Part shown: piece by piece, positions 63,928 through 64,000 of the stretch
Numbering within the stretch: the first letter of the stretch is position 1
How the letters are laid out: each line of letters begins with the position of its first letter
NCBI GenBank assembly: GCA_050249195.1
Contig: JBFWQY010000013.1
Location: forward strand, 24,293 to 88,292
Direction: 5' to 3'
Length of the DNA: 64,000 nt
Origin: Bdellovibrionales bacterium
GTDB lineage: Bacteria > Bdellovibrionota > Bdellovibrionia > Bdellovibrionales > UBA1609
Translations under genes and position numbers: made by a program
Notes under the pieces: model-generated
Told to the model about the DNA's origin: nothing
The model's input: the letters and a program-made list of their open reading frames with translations, nothing else
Databases searched by the model: none

Positions 63928-64000
63928 CACTTGCTCGCTTTCACGGTGCTACTGCCCACTTGAATGGGAGCACCAGTAAAATCGCTGATTGCACTTGGAG
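63927..64000 (-). CDS. 3' end of an upstream phage structural gene (partial; runs off the right edge)
   Basis: Manual translation of the minus strand gives ...PSAISDFTGAPIQVGSSTVKASK*, with the TGA overlapping the next ATG by 1 nt. Confidence 0.3.
   Translation of the reverse strand, partial: PSAISDFTGAPIQVGSSTVKASK

Larger units (their letters stand above)
28892..64000 (-). mobile_element. Prophage of a tailed phage (replication, switch, lysis, tail-fibre and baseplate modules); extends beyond the right edge; left boundary uncertain (27.8-28.9 kb)
   Basis: About 50 tightly packed, mostly minus-strand genes with phage hallmarks: AEP prim-pol, DnaB-like helicase, YqaJ exonuclease, Sak4-like ATPase, endolysin, and gp25/W-, J- and I-like baseplate proteins and fibres. 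No integrase was seen in the window. Confidence 0.85.

Noticed and set aside
1-64000. CRISPR arrays, rRNA or tRNA genes, IS elements, integrase or transposase genes.
   Set aside because: No regularly spaced direct repeats with unique spacers were seen, no cloverleaf-compatible sequence, and no ORF with DDE, tyrosine-recombinase or serine-recombinase motifs among the supplied translations. An integrase, if any, must lie beyond the right edge.

Overview
This 64 kb window comes from a Gram-negative genome, judged by its TolC-type channels, an RND pump and a beta-barrel outer-membrane protein. It splits into three blocks.

(1) Positions 1-14.2 kb are ordinary chromosome. This block holds a partial universal-stress gene, a MarR-EmrA-EmrB-TolC efflux operon, an HxlR/DoxX/FMN-reductase redox unit, a hotdog thioesterase and a glutathione peroxidase. 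It also holds a TetR-TolC-RND operon with no periplasmic adaptor gene, and a secreted beta-barrel-like protein.

(2) Positions 14.4-27.8 kb are a defence island made of two divergent, translationally coupled operons. The plus strand carries an Ssp-type DNA phosphorothioation module: a DUF4007-like SspB, a large P-loop SspC, a PP-loop SspD and a cysteine desulfurase SspA. A SAM-methyltransferase-like gene follows them. The minus strand carries an HKD/PLD nuclease, an SF2 DEAH helicase, a GHKL (Bergerat-fold) ATPase and a Cas4-like PD-(D/E)XK nuclease. The first three match my recollection of the SspFGH-type PT-dependent restriction module. The Cas4-like and methyltransferase-like genes are extras I cannot place in the canonical description.

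(3) From about 28.9 kb to the right edge is a tailed prophage, almost all on the minus strand.
- Replication and recombination genes: zinc-ribbon proteins, a resolvase-like nuclease, a FEN exonuclease, a DnaB-like helicase, an AEP primase-polymerase, an initiator containing iterons, a YqaJ exonuclease and a Sak4-like ATPase.
- A switch region follows.
- Plus-strand genes probably expressed in lysogeny: an RHH protein with a DnaJ-type zinc finger, and a CNNM/CBS membrane protein.
- Late genes: an endolysin, an orphan N4/N6 methyltransferase, small membrane proteins, several tail-fibre or receptor-binding paralogs, a 1942-aa fibre with duplicated LamG domains, and baseplate genes (I-, J- and gp25/W-like).

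The most striking non-coding signal is a 17-bp near-palindrome, GTGATACAATGTAWCAC on the minus strand. It contains an extended -10 element and occurs five times, always in the same orientation, just upstream of prophage gene starts. No integrase, tRNA, rRNA or CRISPR array could be supported. The 1.1 kb junction between the island and the prophage is ORF-poor and remains unexplained.

All functional calls come from motifs read by eye in the supplied translations. No database search was run.
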